Of a DNA stretch of 64,000 bases, positions 15,273 through 28,696 are shown piece after piece (positions within the stretch are counted from its first letter, which is position 1; each line of letters opens with the position of its first letter). Source of the DNA: Camelus ferus (Eukaryota). Both the position numbers and the translations under genes were made by a program. Where the stretch lies: positions 43,836,001 to 43,900,000 of the forward strand of contig NC_045697.1 of assembly GCF_009834535.1 (NCBI RefSeq), written 5' to 3'. The notes beneath the pieces were generated by a model, which did not search any database, was not told where the DNA came from, and worked only from the letters and a program-made list of their open reading frames with translations.

Positions 15273-16569
15273 GTTTGATCTTTTTCTTATCTTTCCCTCA
15301 TTTTTCCTTGGCATAAGTTATAAAAATTATTTAAACAAAATGCCCTCTGTCTTTACCAAACAAATTATTTCCTAAAACAACTACCTAGCTTGTACTGCTT
15401 TGAACCACCTCCTCCCTGCCCCAGTTTGTCATATTAAAAAGTTAGCTGTATTATTTTAGAAAATAGTATAAACCTAAACCTAGCATTTTTTCCTTCTGAT
15501 TTTCCTGGAATTATTTCTAATGCATGTCTAAAAAAAAATTTGAACAGTGTCTTAAGGTTGCATGTTGAGTTGAATTACTCTGAAAGCAAACTGACTGACA
15601 CAATTGTATTTTTTAAATGTGGGCTTCTGTTGACGGTTAGCAAACTAATCATTCAGATGTTTGGGTCCCAGTGGCATACAGACCAAGGCCAAATAAGACA
15701 TAAAATGCTAACGTGTCAGAGTTCTGGCTACACAGTAGGAAACTGTCAGAATATTCACCCAGCACCCCAGCTCCCACGTGGTTATATTGCAGATCTACAT
15801 TATTGACTTTTGTAAAATGAATGAACTAAATTGAATTTTAATTAAATAGATTGCTTGTAAACGGACTGTATTTTTATATCACTGTTACTGTTATTTTATT
15901 TGAATAAAATTGAAAAGATGTTAGTCAGCCTGTATTTAGGTGATCATTGCAAGTTACTTATCAGTGTAAGCAAGTCTTATATAACATGGTATAAATGAAA
16001 CTAAAATCTGATGTTCATAAACTAATCCACATGCTGTATCACTTTCATTGTTTTCCTCATTAGGAAAGTTAAAAGATATGAATTAGTGATTCTCCAGATC
16101 TCACCATTTGCCTCATTAGAATTTCTCAGCATCCCTTTTTGGTCATAACTCCGTGGGAGCTGTCATCATCAGTTGATTGTCTGGCCAGGATAATGAATCT
16201 TTAGCAATATTTAAGCATCTGGATTTTAGCAGAGGAACGCAAAAATCATGAGGATAATCACAAATATAAGAAAATAATTTGGAACCCATCTTATATTGTA
16301 AATTACATTTGTGGCTCTCTGTCCAGTCCTTGATGCAATGCTTTAAGACGGACGTAGCCTTCTAGTATTTGAAAAGAAGGAAGTCATGATGATTTTAAGT
16401 ATGCAGTCCCCATAATAAACAATAGTTGGAAATAAGGGGTGCTGATGCTTAAGCCTAGGGAAGAGTGAAACAGGAACATAAGAGTTTCTCGATATATTTG
16501 TGGGACAACCATGGAGAAAAAGGAGTATGTTTGTTCTGGGTTGCTAGCTGCAGATCTAGGTTTTTAGAT

Positions 16570-16782
16570 CCGTTTCTCTGTGTGGAGATGGAAGAGAGAT
16601 TTTCACACGTCCGTGGGGGTATTTGCGGGTATCATAAGTAACCTGGGGGGAGGGGTCACTATAGGCATTTGGTGGGTGAGGGCCAGGTATGTTAAACATC
16701 TCTTGGTGCACTGGACAGTGCTGCACAACAGAGAGTTGTCCTGCCCAGATGTAATTTGTTCTCCTGTTGAGAAGCATTGCTC
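16570..16782. mobile_element. MER20-like hAT relic
   Basis: ggcatttggtgggtgagggccaggtatgttaaacatc...gacagtgctgcacaacagagagttgtcctgccc...gttgagaagcattg. Confidence 0.75.
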
Positions 16783-17122
16783 TGAAGAACCATGGCAGAA
16801 CTGGAGGGTAAGAGTTGTAGGAAGCAGATTTTGGATCAGTCAGTATAAGGGAGAGTTTTCTAAATAGAATTAGAAATGCATTTGCTGCCTGTCAGTGTTC
16901 GTGCAGCCCTCAAGTGCAAGTTCTTGTGACACAGCTTAGATGATAACCATTGAGAAATATGGTGGGTTTTTTCTACATTAGGAAACAGCCTGGGGGTACA
17001 TCAAGGGCTTCTCATTGCTTAAAACTCTGTAATAGTGTTATTTTCTTCATATTGACGTGTTTATTTGTGATGCCAAAAAGTCCACACTGAGTCCTAACAC
17101 AGTATATGTTCTTCCCTTATAG

Positions 17123-17287
17123 ATTTACACTCTGGACATCCACCGACCTGAGGATTGTTGGGAAAAATTCACCTCGAACCGAACAATAGGACTAATGCTC
17201 TTTTTAGGGATTGTCCTTGGGAATTTGTGGAAAGAAAACGAGACAGATGAAACAAAGAAAAATATAGATAATAGAATAGAAAATTAG
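17123..17287 (+). CDS. COQ2: COQ2 terminal coding exon 7
   Basis: tatag|ATTTACACT..., [54 protein letters not shown], then TAG at 17285-17287. Confidence 0.96.
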   Translation: MYTLDIHRPEDCWEKFTSNRTIGLMLFLGIVLGNLWKENETDETKKNIDNRIEN

Positions 17288-17652
17288 CAAATTAAGTTTA
17301 TCCAGGGACTTTTGAAGCAGAGTTTTACAAAACACTCTCAGGTCCTGTTATCACATAATTAGATTTGAATGAGCAGTCTTACGTTAAAGAATTACAAACT
17401 AGAAAGTGAAGACTTGGAGCATACTTGCCTAGATTTTAGGTTTGTACTAGTCACATTCTTCCCCTGTCACAGAAACTGGGGACTCTTTAGGACTTGAGAT
17501 GACCTGGAGTACTTAAGTTAATGCATTCTTCTCATCATAATTCTCATCTGCAGTTTTGGGAATTATATGAGTTTTGGCACTTTATAAAAAACCTGGTGCA
17601 TGTCTCATCTAAATGAATGTCTCTGTAGGAAAATAGACTCTTTTTAGGGGAA

Positions 17653-17768
17653 AATAAAAAGAAGGTTGGGGTTTATTGTTCTTTGTTGTGACTTTTACTT
17701 ACTGCCAAAAGCTGTAATTCAGAAAACCATTCTGTATTTTATATTTCAGGAGAATTTAAATAAATAAA
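17653..17768 (+). terminator. Candidate COQ2 polyadenylation signals
   Basis: AATAAA at 17653-17658, followed by GT/T-rich sequence. Overlapping AATAAA copies at 17759-17768. Confidence 0.55.
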
Positions 17769-20369
17769 TGAGGATTTTTACCTACTATCCCCAGACGTAC
17801 TGCCGTCATCCCCAGCCCTGACATTGATTTGAGAGGCCTCTGTGTGCAGCCATAGTGACTCGATGAGCAGGCAGTCACCAGGGACTGTTTTAATTTGTTT
17901 GTTTATTTCTTTTATCTCATCTGGTTGTAATTTATAGGGTGGCAGCATGTTGGTTAGGTATACTAATTTTCTTCCCTTGCCCCCTTCAGAATATTCTCAG
18001 TATTTCATAAGACCTCTCTCCTTATAGAGGTCATTCCTCTGCTCAGAGCCCTCCAGGATCTTCCCAGGTCACTCAGTAGAGACTAAAGTCTTGTCACCTG
18101 CTGCGCCCTGCACGATCTGGACTTGCTGTAATTGTTCTTCTCATGGCCCTCTCCAGCCCTGGTGGCCGCCTCACTGCCGCTCGATGGTCCAGCTCAGCAG
18201 GCTGGACAGACCCCTACCCCAGAGCCTTTACAAGTGCGGTTGCCTTTATGCTGTCCTTGAATTATGTCTTAGTTCTTCACTGCAGGTCTTTTCCTAAATG
18301 TCACCTTCTCAAAGAGGCTTTTCTTAGCCATTGTTTCTAAAATTTCATACACAAATACTACCTACACTTCCTGTATTATTGGTGTTTTCTCTTCAGAACT
18401 TACCACTGTTAACCACCTAAAATATATTCTGCTTGATTTAAGTGGCCATCATGACAGTGGGGTGTAGGGGAGGCAGTCATCTGTGTATGCAAGTTGTGGG
18501 CAGCAGTGATCACTAAATTGCTTAGCGATGATGATAATGATAGTGACGGTGACAATGCAACTGACGTAGCACTTACATACTCCAGGCGCTGATAAATCAG
18601 CTTAGGAAAGTGTATTTAACTCTTCATTCAAAAGATACCAAACCGCTGGGACTTAGGACAGTGGTAGCAGCTGTAATTATACTCTGCTATCACAATGAGT
18701 TGAAGGGGAGAAGAAATAGAAATATTATACCCTATTTTTAGGGAAATATGATTCATTACTATTTCATCTAATTCTGACACTATACCAGGACAGATAAAAT
18801 TTAAATCTTTGTTGATTTCTGTTTTCTTACAAATATCATCCTATCCCCTCCTGCTTGGAAATTTAGCATAATTTACATAATTTTCCTAGAAAATACAGTA
18901 ATAATAAAATAGAGTGTTTAAACGGGAGGATATTCTTCAACAATGAGTGAAGTGAGAACCAGGAGAAAAATTGAGCTTGGAAAAGAGTTAATGCCTTTAA
19001 AAATACACCATTTCTCACAGCAGAAAAATGTTGATCTCTGAATGCCTTTTTCCAGGTGTGAGCTCTAGAAGAATGTTGGCCCAGGATAAGTGGCAGAGAT
19101 GCAGAGCCAAAAGGAATCTGGTCAGCACAAAGAGGCCTGGTGTGGCAGCCCCTTTGTTTTACCCTGGAGGAAACCTTAAGGCAGAATTGCTTCTCCACTT
19201 GGGAAAAAGCTCCAGTGTCTAAAAGGCAGTGATTCTGTTGAGGGCTGGCTCCACAATTTGCCAAAAGCTACATAATTATTCAGGACTGGCTACATAATTT
19301 GCACATCACCCTGTATTTTAAAATGTTTAAAATAATTATTCCAAGCACTGGTTCCAGTTAGAAGAGGGTAAGTGCAGTGTTTTTCAAATATATTTCATTT
19401 TCTTAAATTAGTTGATGAAAGTTAATGTGGAACAAATCTCAGAATCAATCTGTGAAGCTCCTGCAGCCATTTGTGATAAATGGAGACTATAAGTAATATA
19501 TATATAAATAAATATAAATATAATAATAAAGAAGAATATAAAAATTCAAGATTATCTTGCTCTCAAAAAACAACTTAAAACTTAATTGAATTATTTTAGT
19601 TCCTTTTCATTTCTCCTCCTAGGTAGAAAGGCTGAAAAAATAATTTAAATGGGTAAGAGGGAAATGGGGGGAGAAATGAAATAGATCATTTGCCTCTAAA
19701 ATCATGGACTTTAAACCATTCAGGGCTGGAAGTAAGTATAGCCATTACCTACCTGGTGTCAGGGTTGTTTATCTTCTGCGTAGCCATGATGGGTACTGTA
19801 ACTTAAGTGAAATTACTAGTCTTGCCTTTGGGAATCCATTCAATGGGGAGGGCCCTTGCCCTAGTTTTCTACTGTAGAGTCACCGTAAGGTTCTAAAGAG
19901 AAAGCATGTGAAAGAACTTTGTAAACTGAACACTTAACCTAGTACAGGTTTATGGTCGGGGTGGAGGTGAGGTGGGAGCTACAGGAAATCTGGCTTACAG
20001 AGGCTGAAATTTGTGTCACAGGTGCTACCTCTCCTGCTTCTGAACCTTTTCTCTGAATTGCTTTATGCCTCTTCCAGATTCCAGATTATACCTTCAGTTA
20101 AGCCCTACCATTTCCCCCAAATCAGCATACATGCTTGCCCTCAGGCTGGTCTCTCCACTGTCAACAGGCCTTCTGCCATCACAGCTGTCCTGGCAGCCGT
20201 AGGATATTGAGGGCCTGGCCTTTGGAGCAAACAGGCCTGTGTGTGAATCTCCCTCTAACACTTGCCAGCCAGGAGACCTCAGACAAGTGATGGACCTCCC
20301 TCAGCCACCACATTCTCATCTGCCAGACCTGAGTTGTGAGCATTAAACAGAGTTGGCATATGTTAAAGC

Positions 20370-20722
20370 CTGTTGTATTGCCCCGAAATTCATACAGTGA
20401 AGTGATTCAGAATGTAGCCGTGTTTGGTGATAAGGTCTTTAAAGAGGTAATTAAGTTAAAGTGAGGCCATTAGGGTGGACCCTAAACCTTATGACTAGTG
20501 TCCTTGTAAGAAATCTGGACGCACAGAGAGATTCTTACACACATGACTGGAGGCACAGGGGGAAGACGGCCATCTACAAGCCAAGGAGAGAGGCCTCAGA
20601 AGAAACCGAGCCCTCCAGCACCTTGATCTCAGACTTCTGGCCTCCAGAACTGTGAGAAAGTGAATGTTTTTTAACCATTCAGTTTGTGGGATTTGTTGTG
20701 GCAGCTCAAGCAAACTTAACAC
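20370..20722 (+). mobile_element. MLT1-family (MaLR) LTR
   Basis: ggtctttaaagaggtaattaagttaaa...gccatctacaagccaaggagagaggcctcagaagaaacc...cctccagaactgtgag. Confidence 0.85.
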
Positions 20723-20849
20723 AAAGCTCTAGTCCTGAACTTCACAGAAAAGACACTCTACAAAAGCGGTTCACTGGAGAGCTCTCTTTCCCCTCCAAGC
20801 CTGCCTTTTTGTCTCAAAGCACAAGTTTTAGCCCTTCTAATGTCCATAA

Positions 20850-21328
20850 CAGTGGTAGGCTGACTACAACCCTCCAGAGATATCCATGTCCTAATGCCAG
20901 AGCCAGCAGATACATTACCTTATGTGGTAAAGGAGCTTTGCAGATGTGATAGAGAAAGATCCTGAGATAGGGAGATTATCCTGGTTTATCCAGGTGGGTG
21001 CAGTGTAATCACGAGCGTCTTTACAAGAGGGAGACAAGAAGGTCAAAGTGAGTAGTAGATGTGCAGATGGAAACAAGAGGTTAGGGTGGGGCAAGGAAGG
21101 GCTCACAAGCCAAGGAATGCAGGTGGCCCACAGAAGCTGAAAACGCAAGGACACAGATAATCCCCTCAGAGCCTGTGGAGGGAACCAGCCCTGCTGACAT
21201 ATTGACTTTAGCCCAGTGAGACTGAGTCTGGACTTGGGACTTCGAGAATTATCAGATCATAAATTTGTGTTGTTTAAACCACTCAGTTTGTGGTAATTTG
21301 TTATGTCATCAACAAGTAAACTAATACA
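20850..21328 (+). mobile_element. MLT1D-like LTR
   Basis: gtggtaggctg...gggagattatcctgg...aagccaaggaatgcaggtggcc...ctaataca. Confidence 0.85.
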
Positions 21329-23534
21329 ACAACTATTCAAGGTTGACCTATCCTCTGAACTGCCAGAGCTCTTGGTTGGTTCCAGTGGCACAATGGCTAA
21401 GAATGCGAGTCTGGGTGACAGCGCACCTGGATTTGAATCTCTCCTTTACCACCTGCCAGGTACTGAGCTCCCTGTGGTTCAGTTTCTCAAATGGAGCCGA
21501 TAACAGTACCCTTCTCATGGATTTAAAAATCATCTCTTTTTATCCTCTAGAATGCAGATTCTGTGATAACTGGGGCTTTGTCTTATTCACTAAAATAGCC
21601 CCAATACAGCACAATGTAGGCATTCAATAAATATTTGTAATGTATCATACATCAGTGAGCTAACATTTGAGTACTTGCCAGACCCAGGGTTAGGTGCCAC
21701 CATTAAAAATTATTAATGGTATTCAACAGCATATTTTAAAATTCACAATGTGAGGCACTATAATAAAAATAGATTTTCATGTACACCTTATTAAAACTAT
21801 GTAAAAAAATATATATATATAATGAAGACTAAAGAAACAAAAACAGATTTGTCATGGGTAATAGGTTAATATAATGTTGCTTTACAATAACATTAGACAG
21901 GCACTGGTCCTAAGTGTCATGTTTTAAGCTAATCTATGAATGTAACCTTTAGCTCTTTCCATATTATTTTCACTTTTAAATATTTGCATTTAAAAAGTAA
22001 ACATTAAGATAACCTATATGTAGCCCCTACAAAAACACAGGTTATTATTTTAATAAATTCTTTCCAAAATAAAGCATAGGATTGAGTTCTAAAAGGACTG
22101 TAACTGCAGCCTCAGACTTGCATGTCTTCCTTTAAGCAATAATCTGAAAAAGAATTACAGTTCCAAGAAAGGAAGGAAACCCTAACAGAGCCCCAAAGTG
22201 GAGACATCCCTTTGGCTGCAGTGTAAAGCAGGCATATCCCCACGTCACTGTGCAGCCAGCGTAGTTTCTCAACCAGTGATGTCCAGAGGCCTCGTGATGT
22301 TGGGCAGTGACTGCCACCTCTTGCTTATTATGAGATAGATGGCTGGGAAGAGCAGCGCCACCTTGCTTGTCCTCAGGAATAACTAATAAGGAGCATGAAA
22401 TTAAAATTTGCCCGTAGCTTGCTTCTGTCTTTTTAAAATAATATTTACTACATTCTTTTTCTAGTGTAAAAGTAGCATATGTCCTTGTGGGAAGTATAGG
22501 AATATAGAAAAGCACAGAGGGAAAAATAAAATGCATTTTTAACATAGTCATTTACAGATACGTGCTGTGAGCAGACTGATAGGCTTCTAGACTTTTAATA
22601 GTCATATAAGCATATTTTTGATAAAATTGGAGCCACACTGTATTTCTTCAAAAATCTCTCTCTCTCACTTAATATTTTCCCATGTCATTAAATCTTCCTT
22701 CAAAATAGGAGTGTTTATTGGTTGCATAGGTTTTTATCATTTTTTACTATTATTTAATTTTATTATTGAATACATACAGTTTCTACCTTTTTCCCTCCCT
22801 CACAAACACCAGTGCTATGAATAGGTTCCTATCTTTGGGCACATCTCTGATTTTTCCCGTAGGATAAATTCCTCAAAACAGTATATCTCTCTGTGCATGT
22901 ATCCAGGGATTATAGGTGGGGTAGAGGGCTGGACATGGTGGTACGCACATTTTTAAAGTTTTGGACACATTTTCTCAAATTATTTCTAGAAAGGCCTATA
23001 TTTTTACCTGCAGTCCATGAGGGCCTCTTTCCTCAGACTAGCCAACACTGAGGCATAATTTTTTCATCCTTGCCAATTACATAGGCAAGAATAATACACT
23101 GTTCCTCTTAACATTTCTGTGAACAAGTGTAGTTGAATGTTTTTCAAAATGTTATAAGACATTTGTATTCCCTCTTTGTAAATTGCCTGCATGTCTTGCC
23201 CACTTGGTTATTGCTGTTAACAATACAGGCCACCTTGCGGCTCATATTACCAAAACCTGGTATTTGAGATACTTAGACTGTGTGCTCATTTTACAAGGTC
23301 ATTATTTTGTTAATAGTTATGGGATTTTCTGTTTCATGCTTTAAACAGACCTATCTCTTCCATGGAGAAGGTAACATGTTTCACATATTTGCTGTTCTCT
23401 AATGTGTACTGCTCAGCCAACTGTCAAACATTTATTGACCATCTCCCATGTCTCAGGCACAGGCTAGTTGCTGCAGATTCAGAGATGGATTATATAGATA
23501 TTTTCTATGGTCAGAAAATGTACAATCTGCTATA

Positions 23535-23815
23535 TAGAGCTGTGCTGTTCGATGCAGTCACCACGTGAGACAATTAAGCACTTGAAATGTGGCTCATCTG
23601 AATTGGGATGTCCTATAAGCATATAATACACACCAGATTCCAAAGATCTAGTTTGAAAAAATCTTATTAGTAATTTGTTTCTTGATCTCAAGCTGAAATC
23701 ATTTTCATGTATTGAATCAAATACAGTATATTAAAATTAATTTTATCTGTTTCTTTTTACTTTTTTAACATAGCTATTAGAAAAATTTAGATTACATTAG
23801 TGGCTAATGTATTTC
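23535..23815. mobile_element. MER3/MER33-like hAT relic
   Basis: agagctgtgctgttc...aagcacttgaaatgtggct...tatattaaaattaattttatctgtttctttttac...gctattagaaaaattt. Confidence 0.7.
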
Positions 23816-24859
23816 TGATATATGGCAACACACTATGAAATTATCCATATTTAAAAGATTTGACCTATTAAAATTACATAAACTCAGAGCTTTAGTTTCC
23901 TTACCTGCTAAACATAGGAAATGAAATTTAACTTCACTTGGTTGTTGTGAGGCAAAACTGATAAATTTCCTGGTTCATGATAGAAGCTCAGAGAATGTTA
24001 GTTCCTTTCTCCCTCTGCCCCCCTGCTTTGAAAGGTTAGCAGCTATGGAAAAAGAAAAAGAAAACATTGAAATAAGTCAGTATATTAGCACTTTAAAGTC
24101 CATGCTACCAACAATATTATCTTTGGATGCTCTTTGATGAGTAAGTAGAGCTAGATGATGAATGGATGGATGGATGGACAGACAGATAAACAGACCAATA
24201 TGTGCATAGGTATTCAGTTACTCATCCATTGACCCTTTAATCAGAAAATGGGAAAAAACTTCCTAGCTTTCCTTCCCTTCTCGACATTGAGCTAGAATCT
24301 TAAGAGCAGTGCTCGGAGCAGCACGAGCCCGCACTAATTGCTTGTTGGGTGAATAAATGGAACTGTTGATAGAGATCATCTAGTCCATGAATCTCTCTAA
24401 CTTTGTTAAAAACAAAACAAATACATTTTTTAAATAAAATCTTACATAAAGCCCCAAAATATAAATTACAAGATAAAACAGAGACATGGCCCTTTGACCT
24501 GTGAAGGTGCCTGAATCCTCCCTTCTGAGCCTCCCTTTCTTATTCAGTGGTGTTCCTGCTCGACTTCTGGGGAGCCTTGCAATTCTCACACTACCCTGTT
24601 TGAAAACCATTTATCCCTTAATTTTGCATGGAAGGAAACTAAAACCTAGAGAAATAATTTACCTATAATCAGAAGAAGTTATTGCCAAATGAGAATTGAG
24701 GTAAAGAATGAATATTTAAGTCCATATAGTTGCCAACTGTCTGACTAGGAGCCAACTAAACCTTTCCAGCTTCAATTACTTTATATTTAAAATGGGGATT
24801 AAAATAATATCTACCTCATGGTGGTGGTATAAAGATTGCATGAGAAAATGATCTTGTCC

Positions 24860-25845
24860 AGGGTGGTGACTTTGAATATCATCTGTACATTGATTTCTTC
24901 CAAATGTGTACCTGCAACCTAAGCTTCCCCTTTAAACTTGAACTGGGCAGAATTGAATACTGAACTGCCTGCCTGATATTTCCCCTTGAATGCCAAATAC
25001 GGACCTCCACCTCAACATGTTCAAAACTGAGCTCCCCATCTTCCCCCTCAAACCTTCTCCTCCCTCCCTCTGTACCATCTCAGTAATGGCATCCACTCTT
25101 CTATTGCTCGACCAAACTCCTGGGACTGTACATGACTCCTCTTTCTCTCACTTTCCACATCCAAGGCATCAGAAGAGCCTCTTGGCTCTACCTTCAAAAT
25201 GCATGCAGAATCCCACCTTTTCTTAGCTCCACTCCTACCACCCTGGTCCAAGTCACCAAACTCTCTCCCTGGATTAGTAATTCCTAACTGGTCTCCTTCC
25301 TTTTCCTTTGTCCCCTCTCACTCTGTTCTCACCACAAGAACCTGGGTAATCCTGTTTAAACACAAGCCAGCACCTGCCATGCCTCTCCTCAGAATCTCAC
25401 AGGACCTCCCAAGTTCTCTCAGTGTAAAGCTAGTGTCCTAAGCATGGCCATCAGGTCCCGCGTGACGCAGTTGCCTGTTACCTCCTGACTCTCCCACCGC
25501 TCTCTCCCCTGCTTCACTGCTCCAGCTCCACAAGCCTCCTTGTAGTTCCTGGGATGCTCCCTCACCTCCTTCAGTCTTGACCCAAATAACGCCATCTCAT
25601 TTCTCAAACTGCACACTCACCAAAAACAGACTTCCTTCCCTCTTTCTGCTTTAGTTTTTTCCATAGCAAAACATATGATATGATTTGTTTTATTTATTTC
25701 CTTTATTGTCTGTCCTCTCTGTCTAGAATCTAAGTTCCATGAGGGCACAGATATTTCCTGTTTTGATCAATACTTATCTCCAATGCCTAAAAGAGTACCT
25801 AACACAGAGTAAGCACTCAATAAATAGTTGTTCGAAGAATCATGT
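24860..25845 (+). mobile_element. L2 LINE 3' fragment
   Basis: ctcaacatgttcaaaactgagctcc ... tagaatctaagttccatgagggca ... gcactcaataaatagttgtt. Confidence 0.8.
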
Positions 25846-27004
25846 GTGTAAAGCTTTAAACAGCAGAGAACATGCTCATTAAATATTGTGATTGTTTGGA
25901 GGCATTTTCAGCTTTTTTTTTCCTCTTCAAATTATCTTTTCCCAGAAGCCATCCAGGAGGAACTATTCACTTAAGAGATATAGCTGATTTTAAAGTTCTA
26001 TTTTAGGAGAATGATTTTCACGTTCAAGTTCCTAGGCCTGAGTTTCTTAATGATTTTAACTTCTCAGGAGTGGGAGAATGTGGAACAAAAAATAGAGAAC
26101 TTGTTAAAATTATGGATGAATTTTAACAAGATATCCTACCCACTAATAAAGTACAAATTCAACATAATGAAATGGAAAGTAATTATGCAAACACTAATTC
26201 AGTTTCTGTTTGTTTACTCACCAGTTTGAAACTGTAAGAATCCTCTTTAAAAATTAAAGTTATTGTTAGTTATTATAAAATATTGGCTATATAACTGTAA
26301 ATGTGTTTTAAATTGTGTTTAAAATTTTTTTAACAAAATAAAAAGTTAAAACCAAAATTATTAATTTTTTTCTTAGGCAGCACTGAGCATTGTACCAAAA
26401 GTAAATTATCATGACTATTACTTCCTTTATGCTTAGGCAATAGAAATACTGGCACTGTGTCAGTGAGAGTTACTAGGATCCAAGGGCAGGTCTTGTTTCG
26501 GGAATGCCTCATAAACTCTGCTTTCGGTTTGTGTTGTTTCCTTGACAAGAGATAAGGGAAACTTCAACACTTTAGCATCAAGAAAGAATTTATGTCTCTG
26601 ATCAGTATTTTAGAACTAAAAATAAATACTCAATATTTTAAACAAATTCACCTGAAAACATGTTACAAATAACATTTTTAAGCACAAATTAATTAATTAC
26701 TAGTTGAAATTGTTAAGATCTCAGGATATGCAGAAGAATGTAGGGAAAAGTTTTATAGTTTCACAATTTTCCCCCATTTCTGCATTTGTGTTTCTGAGTG
26801 TTCCTGGCTGGCCTTCATTGTGTTTGCAAGGAGGCCCACCTCCAAAGTCAAATGTGAATGAAGTTACAATAACACGTGTGGATGTGCTCCAGGAGGAAGG
26901 AACAGGGACAAAACTAGGTTTGTCCCTAGAAACAGGGACAAACCAAGCAAATTCAAGGAACAAGAAGGACAGATTTCTGATTTATTTCCAGAGCCGTGCT
27001 ACAT

Positions 27005-27625
27005 TATAACACATGGTGGCGAGGCTGCTGGTGGAAATGCAAATGGTGGTGTCACTTTGGAAAACAGTTTGGCAGTTTCTTGTAGTTAACTCTGACTTTT
27101 CCACATGATCCAGCAATCCCATTCCCAGAAAGCTACCCAAGAGAAAAGGAAACAGGTTCACATGAAAACCTGCAGATGAATGTTTACAGTTGCTCAATTT
27201 ATAAATTTTATAATCACCCCAAACTGGAAAAAAACCCAAATGTCCTTCAATTGGTAAAGGACAAACAAACTACGGCACATACACATGATGGAATACTACG
27301 CAGAAATAAAAAGGAACAAATTACTGATCCAGGCAGCCACATGCATGGGCCTCAAATGCATTATGCCGAGTGAAAAAAGCCAGACTCCAAAAGCGATGTA
27401 CTATAGGATTCCATTTATATGACATTGTGGTAAAGGCAAAGCTATAGGGATAGAAAACAGAAATCAGTGGTTGCTAGAAACTGGAGGTCCGGGGAAAGGT
27501 TGACTATAAAAAGGCATGAGGGAATTTGGAGGGATAACAGAACTGTTTATGTCTTGATTGCAGTGATTTTACACAATTGTATGCATCTGTCAAAACTCAT
27601 TAAAATGTATACACATACAAAGTGA
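27005..27625 (+). mobile_element. Old L1 (L1MD/ME-like) 3' end
   Basis: cactttggaaaacagtttggcagtttctt...gatccagcaatcccattcc...gcattatgccgagtgaaaaaagccagactc. Confidence 0.8.
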
Positions 27626-28696
27626 ATGGAAATTGTTTTCATCAAGTTGAGGTGAGAATAATCAAAATGCAATCACATTGTTGTTATGCTTATTAAGTTA
27701 AAAGCTAAAATTCTATCCGTCTGCATGTGGACTTAGGTTTCAGAAGAACCATTCCTTTTCCAACACCTAGAGTCATTCATATAATCAATATTTATCAAAT
27801 ACCTACAATATGTTATGCACTATTCTATGTTCTGAGAGTACTTCAATGAATAAGATGTGTTCCTATCTTCCTAGAGCTTGCATCTTAATGATAAATAAGT
27901 GAATAAATGGGTAGGTAAATAAATATACTATTTAAAATAATATAATTTAACATAGTGGTAAGTTGTCATAAAGAAAAATAAAGCTTAGTAAATGGAAAGA
28001 AAGTTATGGGGAAAGGAGGCTGTTTTTTATAGAGTGCCAGGGAAGAAATTTCTCAGTGGCAGTTGAACAGAGGTTTAAATGATGTGATACAGAGACTGTG
28101 TATTAGCTGGGGCAAGACTGCTCCAAGAAGAGGGAACAAGATTATCAGCCTTGAAACAGGGATGAATCAAGCAAATATGAGAAGCAACCAGATTTCTGGA
28201 TTTCTGGTCTTGTTTCCACATCCATAATCGTACCACATTATGAATTCACATCATTTTACTTTACACTTATCAAAATTATTATACTGGGGAAATTTTGGTC
28301 TATTTTTCCAAAACTGATAACTCAGAGGTACAATCATGCACAACTGCTGTCAAAAGAAAAAGTGTGTCAGTGTTCTTAGTCGCAAAACGGCTGATCTAGG
28401 CAGACAATTTATCAAGAGAATATCAAAAATCTCGGAGAAATGAGGAACCAGGTTATTGCCTCTTTGCTCAAAATTCAACCTGCATTATCTGCTCTACAAT
28501 AAAGGAGCTGGTTCCTGTAAGAATTCCTTCTTGGCAGGGAGCATGATTTTAAGCTTTGTCAGTAGAAGGTGCTGGAGGGACATTGCAGGAGGAAGGGGCT
28601 CCTCTTCCCTGATTCAGGGTTTCTATTTGCTTCTTGCTTCTATACATGGCTGTCAGCAGCATGTGGTAGGGATATCCAGTAACACTCCTCACCAGC

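Noticed and set aside
15126..15314. Minus-strand 62-aa ORF
   Set aside because: Antisense shadow of COQ2 exon 6.
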